From: Nemertoderma westbladi
Taxonomy: Eukaryota; Animalia; Xenacoelomorpha
DNA: 64,000 nt
Assembly (NCBI GenBank): GCA_032718475.1
Contig: JAUCBJ010001005.1
Coordinates: 1-64,000, forward strand
Direction of reading: 5' to 3'
The notes beneath the pieces are model-generated. The model saw only the letters and a list, made by a program, of their open reading frames with translations, was not told the origin of the DNA and did not search any database. Position numbers and translations under genes: made by a program. Numbering within the stretch: the stretch's first letter is position 1; every line of letters begins with the position of its first letter. Shown in pieces: positions 49,171 through 61,168 of this stretch.

Positions 49171-50364
49171 TGTAAAAGCTTTTGCGGATATACTCAGTCC
49201 CCCTCGACCGCAAGGTACCGTTATAGGTGTTTTAACGGACATAAAAGTCATTCTTCTATATGTGTGCTTTGGTGGACATGGTAAGGCAAAAAACCCGCAA
49301 TGCGTCAAATACCCTGGCACAGCTTAGCCTTGATGATTCAGATTACGACATCTAACAGCTGGTTGCTGACATGGAAACAGCCATTGGACACATGGTTCTT
49401 TGTTTAGCTTAACAGCCAATCAGAGCGATTTTTTCTGTCGATGTGGAGATTTTTGGCAGATCATGCTAGGAGTGTTCAGTCTTACTGTTTTTCTTGATAC
49501 TGTTGTGTTGTTTCTATCTAGGCCAGGAACACCGGCTCTAGAGTCAATTCGTTTCAGACTTTAGAAGAAACATTAGTAGGCTTAAGATTATAGAGCGTAT
49601 AACTGTTATCTTAACATATCATATCACATACCATAACAATCACTTGTCATATCATATCTTAACCTACCGTCTTAATGCTTTTACTGTTGTCATATTTTGT
49701 ATCAGTTAGTTGAATATTATTTGGAGAACATTTATAAAGAACCCAAATTTCCCAATTTTCTTGATACACTACAGGTTAGAGAGACAGGTTACATATAGCG
49801 ATTGCGACTTACATTATTGTGGTTTGTAGTGAATTTAATGCTATTTGATAAGCCCTACATGAGTCAGTTGCTGTTCTCTTTATATATGATAAAATTCATT
49901 GACGGTCGGCAAATTAGTGAGCAGTATTGTGTGTTACTGGTAGTGCGCATGATTGTGACTGATAACTAAGCATTTCCTAAAGAATGCGCCTCATACGTGA
50001 ATCATAAGACTTACCGACTTACCGTTGTGATTAGTATAAGTCATATCTCTGTTTACCTAGATAGAGCGCCACGTCCTAAAGGAACTGTTAATATTTCCCG
50101 AAAGTGAATAATATTAGTCAGAAATTATTTATTAACGATCAATCGAATAATACAGTAAGCTTACACTGCAATAATAATCTAAGCCCTCAGAATCCAGTCT
50201 CCCAGGTATATCCAGCGGGTGAATGGACACGCACTAGGCTGGCTTCTGCTAATGTTGTGTTTATTGGTATTAAATATTTGTCAATTTCTAAAGTCTATTT
50301 ATAAACTAAAAGACATATAAATTTTGGCAGGTTAAACTGCTAAAGGTCTTCAAAAGCGCGTACA
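49171..50364 (+). repeat. 5' LTR of copy C (1194 bp)
   Basis: TG..CA ends; homologous to 8948-10213. Confidence 0.95.
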
Positions 50365-50375
50365 ATAACAGTTAT
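50365..50375 (+). other. Non-tRNA PBS of copy C (ATAACAGTTAT), complementary to its own LTR
   Basis: Abuts the LTR end; exact reverse complement of 49599-49609. Confidence 0.8.
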
Positions 50376-50429
50376 TGACTTTATTGCAGTAAGCAATAAA
50401 GTTGAAAGTACCGGTCGACCGGTAAACCT

Positions 50430-50560
50430 GAACCGGTACTTCTGTAGGTCAGTAGGCCCAACTGCCAGAACCGGTACTGCTGTAGTTCCGTAGGTCCAAC
50501 TGCCAGAACCGGTACTTCTGTAGGTCCATAGGCCCAACTGTCCTAACCGGTACTTCCAGT
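50430..50560 (+). repeat. ~38-bp tandem repeat in the leader of copy C
   Basis: aaccggtact occurs four times, with ...tagg(c/t)ccaactg between occurrences. Confidence 0.8.
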
Positions 50561-52599
50561 ATAAGTACATTAGTATTATTCGATTTTGATTATTGTATAC
50601 CGGTAGGTCTCGATATTAAATCGGGGACGCCTGGTTTTTATTGGGATTTTACTTAGGTCTATTTCTGTCAGTTTTATTTCCTAGTAAGTTAATATTGAGC
50701 TGAAGACGTGTAAGTCTGCTCAGATTGTTCAGATAACTGTAGGCCGGACTGTTGTCGGATTGTTGTTGGGTTTGGAGAGATTACGGCGTGTGTAGAGTTT
50801 GTCTGATAAAGTGCCAGTTAGTAAGTTGGGCCAGCCATAGCTGTAAGGTCAATCCCCTCTTAAAGAATAAGTTGTACTACCGTGTTAGAACGCATACTAA
50901 CTAACCATTTTGGAATCTGCACATACTGTAGTTTATTTAGGCTTGACAGTATTCTGCCAGCGTTTTGGCCTGTGTTTGTTTGTGTGGTCTGTTCAGGTAC
51001 CGTAATAGTTATTACTCAGATATTTTGTAGGCTGGATTGTTGTCTAGCTATTATTAGGTCTGAAGAGATTGCTGCGTGTATAGAGTTTGTCTGATAAAGT
51101 GCCAGTTAGTAAGTTGGGGCAGCCATAGCTGTAAGGTCAATCCCCTCTTAAAGAATAAGTCGTACTACCGTGTTAGAACGCATACTAACTAACCATTTCG
51201 GAATCTGCACATACGGTAGTTTATTTAGGCTTGGTGGTAGTCTGCCAGCATTTGGTTTGTATTTTGTTTGAGTAATCTGTACGGGTAGCGTAATATTTAT
51301 TATTCAGAGTTTATGCGATTATTCGCAACATTCATGTCCCCAAGTTTATTCCTACAGTAATTGTGCTTGTTATACATACCGTTATAGTTAAATTAACCCC
51401 GGTACTACACGGACTGCTTGGCGTAGGAAAAGACTGGTGACTTTGTGCTCTGGTCACTCCAGCAGATGCCGTGGTTCTTTTAACTGTTCAAGTATATTTA
51501 ACTACTGATTATTTGTTGTACCAGTACTTGTACCTAATTTAGGGTTTAGTGTACAGTGCTTTCCGAAAGTAATTAGTGTGTAGGCAGTATATTTGTGTTG
51601 TAAAGTGGTTAATAGGCACGTTGGATCTGGTAGTCCGCGGTAATTAACTTCTAGGTAGGAACACTCCGTGATACATATCGTAGTACCTATAGCGATACGG
51701 CTATAGGTCGTCAGGCGGTGGAATCTTCCTATCTGGACAGTGCAATATATTTACTACTACTTATTATTTTAAAAAACCGTAGTACCCTGTCCGTTGTAAT
51801 AATCAGAATCCTAACCCTTTATTAGGCTGGTTTGTAGACTTCCTGTGAAATTACCCTAAAAATTTCGTACGTAATATTTTGTTGTGTTTAATTAGAGATT
51901 TAATCTCACCTTTATCGTAAGTAATTTGCAGTATTAAGTAACTTAGGTAAATTAGAATTATCTGTTTTAGTGTCCATTAAATAGCACTTCACTGAGAGCG
52001 CACAGCTTCTGTGTAGTGACCCCCCAGAAATAATAACATTTATTTCAAATATTGACAAAACCCCCTTTAAACGGGTATATAAATATTATAAATCAACTCA
52101 AACGATTTATAAATAGTAGGCCTGCCATACAATAACTAGGTCTCAATATCGGTTGGACTACTGCTTAAATAACGGTAATAAAGTAAGTTAAAGTAACCAA
52201 GTAACCCCAAAATATTCAGAAATTCAATTATTCTAAAATAATTGACATACCGGTATTTACCATAGGCTTATTATATTTATTTCTATAAATTTGAACTAAA
52301 ATCATACCGGTATTCTGTAATTAATTCTAGTTTATAATTATACTTATATATACTATAAGTGTAAGCTGCATACCTGTATTCACGATAGGCCTATTATATA
52401 TTTATATATATTTGTCCTAAAATTATATACCGGTATTCTGAGACAAACCTAGTTTACAATACTTATATATATTATAAGTGTATACCGGTATTCTAATATA
52501 CTGTAATAAATTAACGGTACTAGGCCAACGGTCATACTGAATTACTAGACTTGCTTTAACGGTAACTATAGCAGTAGGCATTCAACCGTATAGCTAAAC

Positions 52600-55500
52600 A
52601 TGTCTGACACCCAGCAAAACCTGTCAGACAGTCTAATCGATACAACCATCTGTGACACAGATAGGAGTGTGGAGCGATTAAGAAAGGAGTTCAGCTCACC
52701 TCCTACTGAAAGAAAGGTCATCCCTCCAGTAGTAGTATCCGACCCTAAGCTAATCCAACACCGTAGGTCCATCATCGGCACTCGGGCCCAGGTCAAACGG
52801 AACCAGGAAGCAGCTGTCCAACAGCAGCAACATCCTAGTCAAGAAACTTGTTCCCAGCGATCCGATAGCTCCAGTAGTTCGGATACTGTAGAGCTGACCC
52901 CGAACGCGGAGTGCAGATGGCGGCTACAGCCTACTCGGATCCCCTTCTCACCCTTCCTGCCGCAGTGCTAACTACTATATTGATTGCGGTGGAGGAACAT
53001 CAAGCCGATTGGGCGAGAAGTAAGTGAGCGACCCAAGATAATTATGCGGGATACGCCAGGGAAGAATTGATGTCTATTGTCGAGTCACAATGGAACTTTC
53101 CCGGACCCGGACTTCCATTAGATTTGTCCGAAGCTACTTGGGAAGATATACACAGGATGGGAGTGGCTAAAGATACGATGGATCCAGCTGTTTGGAAGAG
53201 GTCGGCAGCAGGATATGTGCAGGGATTCTTCAGCTCCTTAGAGCGATTGGAAGAACAATTGTTTCGACAACCCCAAGGACCTCAAGAGCAGGAAGAGCTG
53301 CTTTATCAAGTACGCGAAAGAACCCTACGCATTAGACTAATCCTATCAGCCTTTGAGGAAACTTCCAAAAGAAGACAGGACACGTTGCTGCAGGTTGCTG
53401 TCAAGACTTGGTTCCAGCGGGTAGGTCTCAAAGTTCAAGAAACGGCCCAGTGGAAATCCCAGCTGACTGAGTGACCAACCTATGAAGAACCAACCGATAC
53501 TACCCTTTCTCAAATAGAAAGCGAAGAGACACCAGCAGAGCAGCCGCCCTCGAGAGACGCCATAGACATCTATCTGTCAGACTATCATCGATTCCTAGGA
53601 GACAAAGAGTTGAGGAGACGACTGTCTGGACTTCGCCCTAATAGTGAAGGAACCAAGCTTGTGTTGGACGCAATCGATGCGTAAATGTTAGCTGCAAACC
53701 AAGCTAAATTTGATGAAAAACTCCGCCTCGCTAGAGTCCAAGAAGAACAAGTAAAGAAAAAACGGATAGAGGACCGAAAGGCAGCAGCAGTAACGGCGGC
53801 AGAAGCAGAAGCAGCAAAGGCAGCGGCAGCGACAGAAGCAGAAGCAGCAAAGGCAGCGGCAGCGGCAGAAGCAGAAGCAACAAAGGCAGCGGCAGCAGCA
53901 GAAGCAGAAAGAAAGGCAGCGGTGGCAAAAGCAGAACTGAGAGCGTCTGAGGAGACTACCCAACTAGAGTTGGAAAATCTGCAAGAGACGCAAGACAACA
54001 TAAATAAACAGTTAACTGCTAGTCACATGCAGATGATGCGAAGATCTACTCCCAAACGCCAGGGATATACATCATCGGAGGAAAGCGAAACCACCGATCC
54101 TGAAGGCGGAGGAAATAGATCTCGTCTAAGCAGGCGTAGAAAAACATCTTACCGTCACAAATTGCCTGATTTGCCCCCAGCTGTTAGAAGGCAACTAGCT
54201 AGCACAGACTTAAGTAGTATAGAACCTACAGACCAAATTATTAAGGTCAAAAAACTCCCTACTATAGTTGATGAGCCTGAAATAATTAGGCCTGTCGTTC
54301 CCAAAGTCACTCCTGTGCTAGAGACCCCTGTACTTCCAGAGCTTAACTCTAAATTCCCTTTACACAGTACTACACTGCCTGTACCCGGTAGAACAGTCCA
54401 TGAGAATATCCCTGTCCTGGAAGCTGAGAGAGAAATCAAAGATTTGTCTCCTGTCGTCCCGCGTCAGCCCACTACAATGTTGGCGACTCCCGCTTCGGCG
54501 GTCGAGTGGGTAGAGGAGGGACGGCGGGGGATGAATCTCCTGCTCGGACAGATGCAGGAGACTGTCCACCAACTTAAGGGAACCGTAAGGGAAGGTAGGG
54601 CAGAATTGCAAGAAGTGCAGCTAAGTATCGCGCTAGAACGCGACAAATTAGTCAATATACAAAATGGTATACCAATACCCCCTGTAAAATTGTGTCAACC
54701 TGTTAGGTCTGAAGTATTACATGCGCAAGGTGTTGAGCCTACACGCATCTATACTGCTAGTGAAGTAGAAACTCCTGTAGCAAACCCTATTAAGGTTGAT
54801 TATAGACCTGTTGTTAATGATATTCCCTATAGACCTGATAATGATCCGAGAAATTTATACACCGATAATTCGATATTAAATAACACGATGGCCAAGAAAG
54901 CTTTACGCGTCAGATGGCTAGAACAGAAGCCCGCCAAGCGGTCAAAGTGGGAGAGATCGTCAAATTCAATGGAGATGAGATGAAATGGTTACCTTTCAAC
55001 GAATATTACAAAGACAGCATACAGAACTCTGTGCTATCTAACGGAGAGAAACTTAGGTTCCTCATCAAGTGCTTGGAAGGACCTCCCAAGTTAATGGCGT
55101 TAAAGTTTATTGGACATCCAGAAGGATTAAGACAAGTTTGGGATACATTAAACATCAGGTATGGTAACAAGGATAACATAGCTAAGTATTTGTATGCAAA
55201 ATTAGTAGCCCCCCGAAACTTCCTTAGTAGCGGGATTATAGAGTTTTCCGATGAGATTCAGGAGATCTGTAGACAATTGGACTGGTTAGGTAAGTCTCAT
55301 GAATATCAGAGTTCCATGGTTATTGGAGCCGTAGTCTCTACTTGACCAAAGGGTGGAGTATGTACCCGTTGGGACAAGAAAGTGTTGTACATGAATGAAC
55401 AGCAACGACGAAGCCCTACCATGACTGATCTCATGTCCTTCTTAGATGGTGAAGTGAAACTACAACTCATCAAGCAGTCCAGAGAAAAAACATCGGAAAA

Positions 55501-58500
55501 TAAGGTAAGTGAGAAACCCGTTTCTAGGAGAAGAGTCACACCAGTGTGTTACACTGACGACGGCGAAACCCAAGCTTCTCAAGAAGAGGACAGCGGGAAA
55601 GACACTGACAAATTTTACTACGTTAACAAAACCCCAAAAGACGTAAGTAAATATAAGGCTCGAACCAACGATAGGAGAGAACAGGTTGCCAAGACCCCTC
55701 CTCAGTCTCCTAACAGAATGCACGGAAGAAAGCCCGAAGAAAGAACGAGAGTGCATCAGGTTACCCAAGGTAAAGTGAGTAACATAAAACCTAACTGTGC
55801 TCTGTGCGACGGGACCCACCGTTTGAGTGCGTGTGCTGAATTTCTAAAGAAATCTCTTGTAGACAGACGTGCAGTCGTGTGGGATAAGCGGTTATGCTAT
55901 AATTGCCTCAGACCAGGACACCAACGGCGAACCTGTTACTCCGACGTAAAGTGTGCAAAGTGTAGCGCGAAACATCACATCTTGTTACACAGTGAGTTCG
56001 AACGAGACAACCCGAGTCAGGTAAGTGAGCCCGAACTACATGTCCAATTCAGTGATGTAAATGACACTGATCAAGAATCTGAGATGGAAGGATTCTATAC
56101 TGACGAATTCTCCGACGCCAACGAATCCTGTTATCTAATCAATACCGCGGTGTATCGAGCACTTACTTATGAAAAGGACACCAACAATGAGTTTCCCCCA
56201 ACTACTTTTGCCAGACAACCATCGTGGAAAGCTCCAACTTCCAACGTAGGAATCAGAGAATTTCCTGTAGTGCAGGTAAGAGTTCATGGTCCTAACAAAA
56301 GTTACATAGTGAACGCACTCCTTGACTCCGGCAGCACAGGAACATTCATCGATCAAGAACTAGCCGAAGATATCTTTGCTGGACAACCCAAATTCCGGAC
56401 TAAATTGAATATGTCAGGAATTATGCAGGTTTGGAAATCTACCCTAACGGCAGATTACTATGTAGGTGTGTTGTCCACCCCCCAGGATAAATTAGGAGCA
56501 CAAGGGATAAGGTCGGTAAAAATGGTGGCTATAAAGAACTTCGCTAATACCCAAGCAGACCTTTATAATTGGGACGAGGATGAGAGCATCCAACATCTTA
56601 AGATACCTCGATTCCAGACAGATTATCCTGGAGTGCAAATACTCATCGGCCAAAACGCGCATGAGGCGCTCGAGACATTGGAGAAACGGCCTGCTCAACC
56701 GCAGCCACTGCAAACCTATGCGGTAAGAACTAGAGTAGGTTGGTACTTTACTGGCCCTTCCCGCAGGACTCTCGAAGAGAGAATGCCACAAGAACGAATA
56801 TACCAAGTAAACGATTGGGAAGTGGAGAGCAGTGAGGTGGACGAACTAACTGAGGGAACACCATACTCCTCAGATAATGACGACATCTACCAGCTCTTCG
56901 ATGAAGAGAACACAATCGACCTACTTACAGAAAACCAAACTTGGAAAAATCAGGTGAACCTATGTCAACTGATTCGCCCATCGGAACCCATTGCTTACAA
57001 TGACGAACTAAACGATGAGATAGAGCGCTACAACGCTAGAACTCGGGACGAACTAGCCGTACGATTCTTTACTCAAGAACTGGTAGAGCCCAATTCATAC
57101 GATAAGGCTCTATCGATAGAAGAAGAAAGAGCCAAGCAAATCCAGGAAACAACTACACGTTTTTTAAAGGACCAAGGTAGATATGAAATCGGCCTACCAT
57201 TTCGAAAACGAGAACCTAGATTTATAAATAACAGACCCTTGGCAGAGAAAAGAATCGCTCAATTGCATCAACGCCTTACGGCTAATGCTTCAGCCAAAGA
57301 AATGTACCAAACTCAGCTGAAGAAATTTATAACAAAGGGATACGCGGAGTGAGTACCGGAAGGAACACCAGTGACTGAGAGAACGTATTACTTAACACAT
57401 CATTACGTTCCCAAACCCGGTAAACCCCATGAAGTACGAGTCGTATTCGATGGCTCCGCGCTATATATGGGCCAATCCCTCAATTCCGACTTGTTACCAG
57501 GACCCAACTTACTCCAATCTTTGTTGGGAATACTTTTAAGATTAAGACAATATTCCATCGCGTTCGCCTCCGATATAGAAGGAATGTTCTTACAAGTCAA
57601 GGCGCTGGATAGAGATAGAGACAGCCTGAGATTTCTGTGGTGGCCTGAAGGAGACCTCAATCAGAAACCTGTAGAGTACTGGATGACCATCCAGGCTTTT
57701 GGGATCATATCTAGTCCTTCCAACGCCTGCTCCGTGGTGCGAACCACTGCGAATGACAACCGAGACTCCTTCTCAAAAGAGGTGATAGACAACATCAAGT
57801 GTAATATATACATGGACGATAATTTAAGGTCCCTTCCATCAGTAGAAGAAGCCATTGATGTCGCGAAAGGAACAGTAGAGTGTTTGAAAAGAGGTGGATT
57901 TCGACTGACGAAATTCACCAGCAACTCCCGTGAGTTTCTGGAAGCGATACCAGTAGAAGACTGAGGAACGAAAGACCTAGACTTAATAAAGGACGATCTT
58001 CCTGAAACCAAGACGCTTGGCTTGAAGTGGGACACTGAAAGAGACATCCTGTTTTTTCAGTTAAAACAGCGAGATAATCCAGTTCGGACCAAACGGATTT
58101 GTTTAAGTATCCTGAGCACTTATTTCGACCCATTGGGATTTATTAGCCCAGTTATATTGATTGCTCGGAGTTTAGTACAACAAATGTGGCTTGAAAACCA
58201 CTCATGGGACGATCCGCTCAAGGGAGAACTGTTAAAGAAATGGATGAAATGGGAGGACTCTCTACCTGCCATCGAGAACTTTATAATTTCCCGTGCATAT
58301 TTTGGTCATGTTCTTCCTACTTATTCCTATCAACTCCATGTGTTTGAAGACGCCAGCGACATGGGAATAGGTATAGTGGCATATCTGCGAGTCGAAACTC
58401 CGGATGGAATCAAAGTCGCCTTGGTTACCTCTAAGGCATTGATCAACAACAAGTTAAAGGTTCCTCGAGCGGAGTTAAAGGCGGCTTTATACGCTACAGC

Positions 58501-60709
58501 CATCGGCCGGAACGTAACAGAACAAATCGACTATCCACTGGAGAAAACGGTTTATAACGGTTATTTAAAACGGACCGACGCTTTACTCGTGTTGGAGTAT
58601 CAAACCAATGAAGTCTGTCAGTTCAGCGTTTTTGTTACTAACAGGGTAGCTATTATTCTTAGTCGCACAAAGATAGATCAATGGAGACATTGCCCTGGTA
58701 CGATTAACCCAGCCGATATCGCCTCCCGGGGAGCAACTCCACAGGAACTGATAGATACTCCAGATTGGTTGGGTGGACCCGACTTCCTGAGCAAGGAAGA
58801 GGATAAATGGCCTCCTCACCTTACTACGGCGGAGATTAGACAAGCCAAGGGAGCGGAGACAGTCAAACCTAAAACCCGGGCGAGTAAATTGAAGTTATTT
58901 AAACCGACTATCGATCTATCTGTATTACATACTTCCGGGAATGATGCTTCGGATCCACAATCCCTCAACACAAATAAGGCTGTTGTGGAAATTAGAGGTA
59001 GAGACTGGAAATCTGGAATACCTGACATCTCGCACGGAATCTCACCCCTGCTGCAGCGAGCAATGCATCACTACAGTTCCTGGAATCGGCTCTGTAAAGC
59101 CGTTACGTATTTAAGGAGATGTTTTCATCATCACTACTCCAGGACAAAGACCATTAGTGATATCGCTCCATTGACATCTGCACAAGTTCATGTTATTAAA
59201 AATTTACCCAAATATAAGACATCTGACCGTTTTCTAAAGGAGAAAATTAGTCACCAGGAGCATGAAGAAACCAATAAGCAGATACTGAGACTCCTGCAAT
59301 GCTATGAGGATTCCGAAAAGTATTTCCTGTTGTTGAGAAATCCGCAGATGCGCTTAAGGGATCGATTCTCTAGCACAATGATAGATGGGTTAATACGTGT
59401 TGGAGGAAGGCTCACCAATGCGCCCTTATCCTTTGACACTAAATTCCCCATACTTATTAGAAATCTTGAAGTACAAATCAAGATGATTGTAGATGTTCAC
59501 AGTAAACTTTATCATGCTGGTAGAGAACGAGTTCTTAGCGAAATTCGAACTCGCTATTATTTTGATAAACCCCGTAGAGCTCTGAACCAAGTTCTTAGGG
59601 ACCGCATACCCTGTAGGAAAGCATTCAGTAGGCCTTTAACACAGCGAGAGGCAGAATTACCTAGGGAACGAGTAAGCTTCTATGAACCACCTTTTACTAA
59701 TACTGGTGTAGATTTATTTGGCCCTATTGAAGTATATCGTGCTAGGACTATAGTCAAGAGATGGTGTGTCATCTTTGTGTGCATGACTTGTAGAGCCATC
59801 CATCTCGATATGGTGAACGATCTATCTACCAACAGCTTCGTATTAAGTTTACGCCGACAGATCGCTCGCTTCGGGACGAGTAATACCATGAGATCGGATA
59901 AGGGAACGAACTTCATTGGTGCCAACAACGAAATACAGGCTTACGTGAAGGATTGGAACCAAAGACAGGTGGACGATCAGCTAAGGATAACAGCATCTAG
60001 CTGGACCTTTGACGCCGCCGACGCCCCTTGGTGGGGAGGAAGTTGGGAGAGATTAATTAGAAGTGTCAAGACCGCATTTCACTTTATAGTGCCATGCCGT
60101 GCGTATCTCACTGACGAACTTTTGCGGACGTTAATGGAGGAAATAGCTGCCTATCTCAACGAGAGACCGCTTATGCCAGTCTCATCGAGTCCCGATTCCC
60201 TGGAAGCGCTAACACCCACGCACTTCCTACTGAAGAAACCTGTAGCCATGCTCCCACGATCGGAGATTGCCGACGGAGACGAATACTGCCGTCGAACTTG
60301 GCAACTTATGCAGTTGCTATCTCGTCGTTTTGCTGACCATTTCGAGAAACATTATCTGCCCACGCTACAACTTCGAACTAAGTGGTTTGCGCAGCAAGAA
60401 AACGTCAGCGCCGGAGATATGGTGCTTATTGTAGATCCAGACCTACCACGTAAACGGTGGCAGACAGGTCGTATCATCGAGACTCACATCTCGGATGATG
60501 GTTTAGTACGCTCGGTAGAACTCATTGTCATGCGGCGTAACTTCAAGAAGCCAGGCATAATCTTTGAGACGCAACAACTCAATTGCCCAGTTGGTCGTTT
60601 ATGTTTACTGGAAAGAGACAGAGAACTCTCCGGAAACTATGGAAGGCAAGACACTCTTCCCACGACCACCTCCCTAATTCCTCAAACATCTAGGGACTCC
60701 CCAACGTGA
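52600..60709 (+). pseudogene. gag-pol polyprotein of copy C (Gag, three CCHC knuckles, protease, RT, RNase H, integrase) with several stops and frameshifts
   Basis: KFNGD...W..F (DUF1759-like), CALCDGTHRLSAC / CYNCLRPGH....C / CAKCSAKHHILLH, ALLDSGS, VRVVFDGSA, YMDD, integrase DDE. Confidence 0.93.
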
Positions 60710-61168
60710 TACGTCTGGAGTGGGTGTATGACTATATCATTTTATCTATTTTATTATATTTTATACGTGAACATTATTATGTACTTTATTATAATCGTTT
60801 TTATTCAATTTTATTTAGTAGAACGTTATTTTAGATTATTTAGTAGGTTAGTGCAATATATTATTGTTTATTACGTAATTACATATATAATATATATTTA
60901 GTGTGACGGCGAGAAATAATTTTTCTCTTTCCTTACTGTCCGTATCATATTATAAATACGTGACTACAGTAAGATGAAATGTCCGTACTTATTAAAGTAC
61001 AATAAAGCCACTACTATATTTAAGTATTATTGGTAGGCAGAGTATTAGGAATGCAAAGTTCAGATCCTCGTGTCTCGGCTAAACCAAGCTCTGGGTAGAC
61101 CTTGGAAACGACTTGCCTCTTCACACTGACATTGCTTCGTGCGATATTGCTCTTCTACCTTATATTAA

